Shown here: positions 63,382 to 64,000 of the stretch, piece after piece
How positions within the stretch are numbered: the first letter of the stretch is position 1
Layout: each line of letters starts with the position of its first letter
Notes under the pieces: model-generated
The model's input: only the letters and a program-made list of their open reading frames with translations
What the model was told of the DNA's origin: nothing
The model's database searches: none
Position numbers and translations under genes: made by a program
Assembly (NCBI RefSeq): GCF_000143415.4
Contig: NW_003314274.1
Coordinates: forward strand, 2,799,690-2,863,689
Length of the DNA stretch: 64,000 bases
Source: Selaginella moellendorffii
Lineage: Eukaryota > Plantae > Lycopodiophyta
Direction: 5' to 3'

Positions 63382-64000
63382 TCATCATACTCATATATTT
63401 AAACGAAAGAGCCGGTATAATAATAGCATATGCTGGCGTCACTTATTCTGGGCATATGCCAAAATCTAACGGCTGAGATTAAACAATGGGGAGTCGTGAC
63501 TTTTGGGATCATAAAAACTTTTAATTGTCTTTTAGGGCGTGTGAGCACGAGGAGAGAGCGTCGATCATCGCTTGTGGGAAGGTACTCTCTCTCTCTCTCT
63601 CTCTGCCTCTGTGTGTGTGTGAGTTTGATGCGGTCTTCATTGCAGAGCACCTCAGAGCTACAGTCAGCTGTACGTGAAGATCTGAAGCTGCTACCGATCT
63701 ACCGATTGAAAAGCTCAGGTTTTTCACTCTCTTGCTCTTGCTATTCTCTTTCGAGGCTTAAAGTTCCTGTTTGTTCCAGGTGCTCGAGGCTGGAACCAAG
63801 AGAAAAAAAAGAAATTTTCGTCCCTGTACTTCTCCACAGCTCCACGGCCGTCGGGTCTAAGCTTCTATTTTTTTCGAGTCTCTCAAGTCCTGTTGTTCCA
63901 GGTTTTCGAGGCTGGAACCACGACTAGAATCAAGGTTTTTCACTCTCTTACTGTTTGCTATTCTCTTTCGAGGCTTAAAGTTCCTGTTGTTCCAGGGCTC
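63382..64000 (+). mobile_element. Helitron 5' end, continuing beyond the window
   Basis: A^TCATCATACTCATATATTTAAACGAAAGAGCCGGTATAATAATAGCATATGCTGGCGTCACTTATTC. Includes a (CT)n(GT)n tract and a ~215-bp internal repeat (63717 / 63933). Confidence 0.8.

Overview
This is plant nuclear DNA. The ~50-nt introns, an ALDH21-like fragment and a Tcn1-type chromovirus suggest a lycophyte such as Selaginella (inference). The first ~6 kb is ordinary gene-dense host sequence: the 3' part of a cytosolic pyruvate kinase, an intronless F-box/kelch gene, and an NT-C2-domain gene. From ~6.6 kb to the end the window is a nest of Helitrons. About 12 3' termini (CCCAGC-N4-GCTGGG-type hairpin plus CTAG) and four related 5' 'head' types are recognisable. 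One decayed autonomous-type element carries Rep/PIF1 helicase at 38.2-42.4 kb, and there are several RPA70/OB-fold genes and spliced orphan genes. More than ten captured host-gene fragments are present: peroxidase, MRL1-like PPR, ARP5, SDR, ALDH21, ARF-GAP-C2, USP, kinase, purple acid phosphatase, AAE, DUF2358, SGR2 and lipase. A complete but disabled Ty3/gypsy chromovirus is inserted at 25745-31301, with a self-priming PBS and a -1 frameshift signal. The most striking pattern is that 6 of 7 well-preserved plus-strand Helitron tails sit directly on the first ~40 bp of another Helitron head. This suggests targeted insertion into Helitron 5' ends. All homology calls come from my own translation and motif recall; no database search was run.
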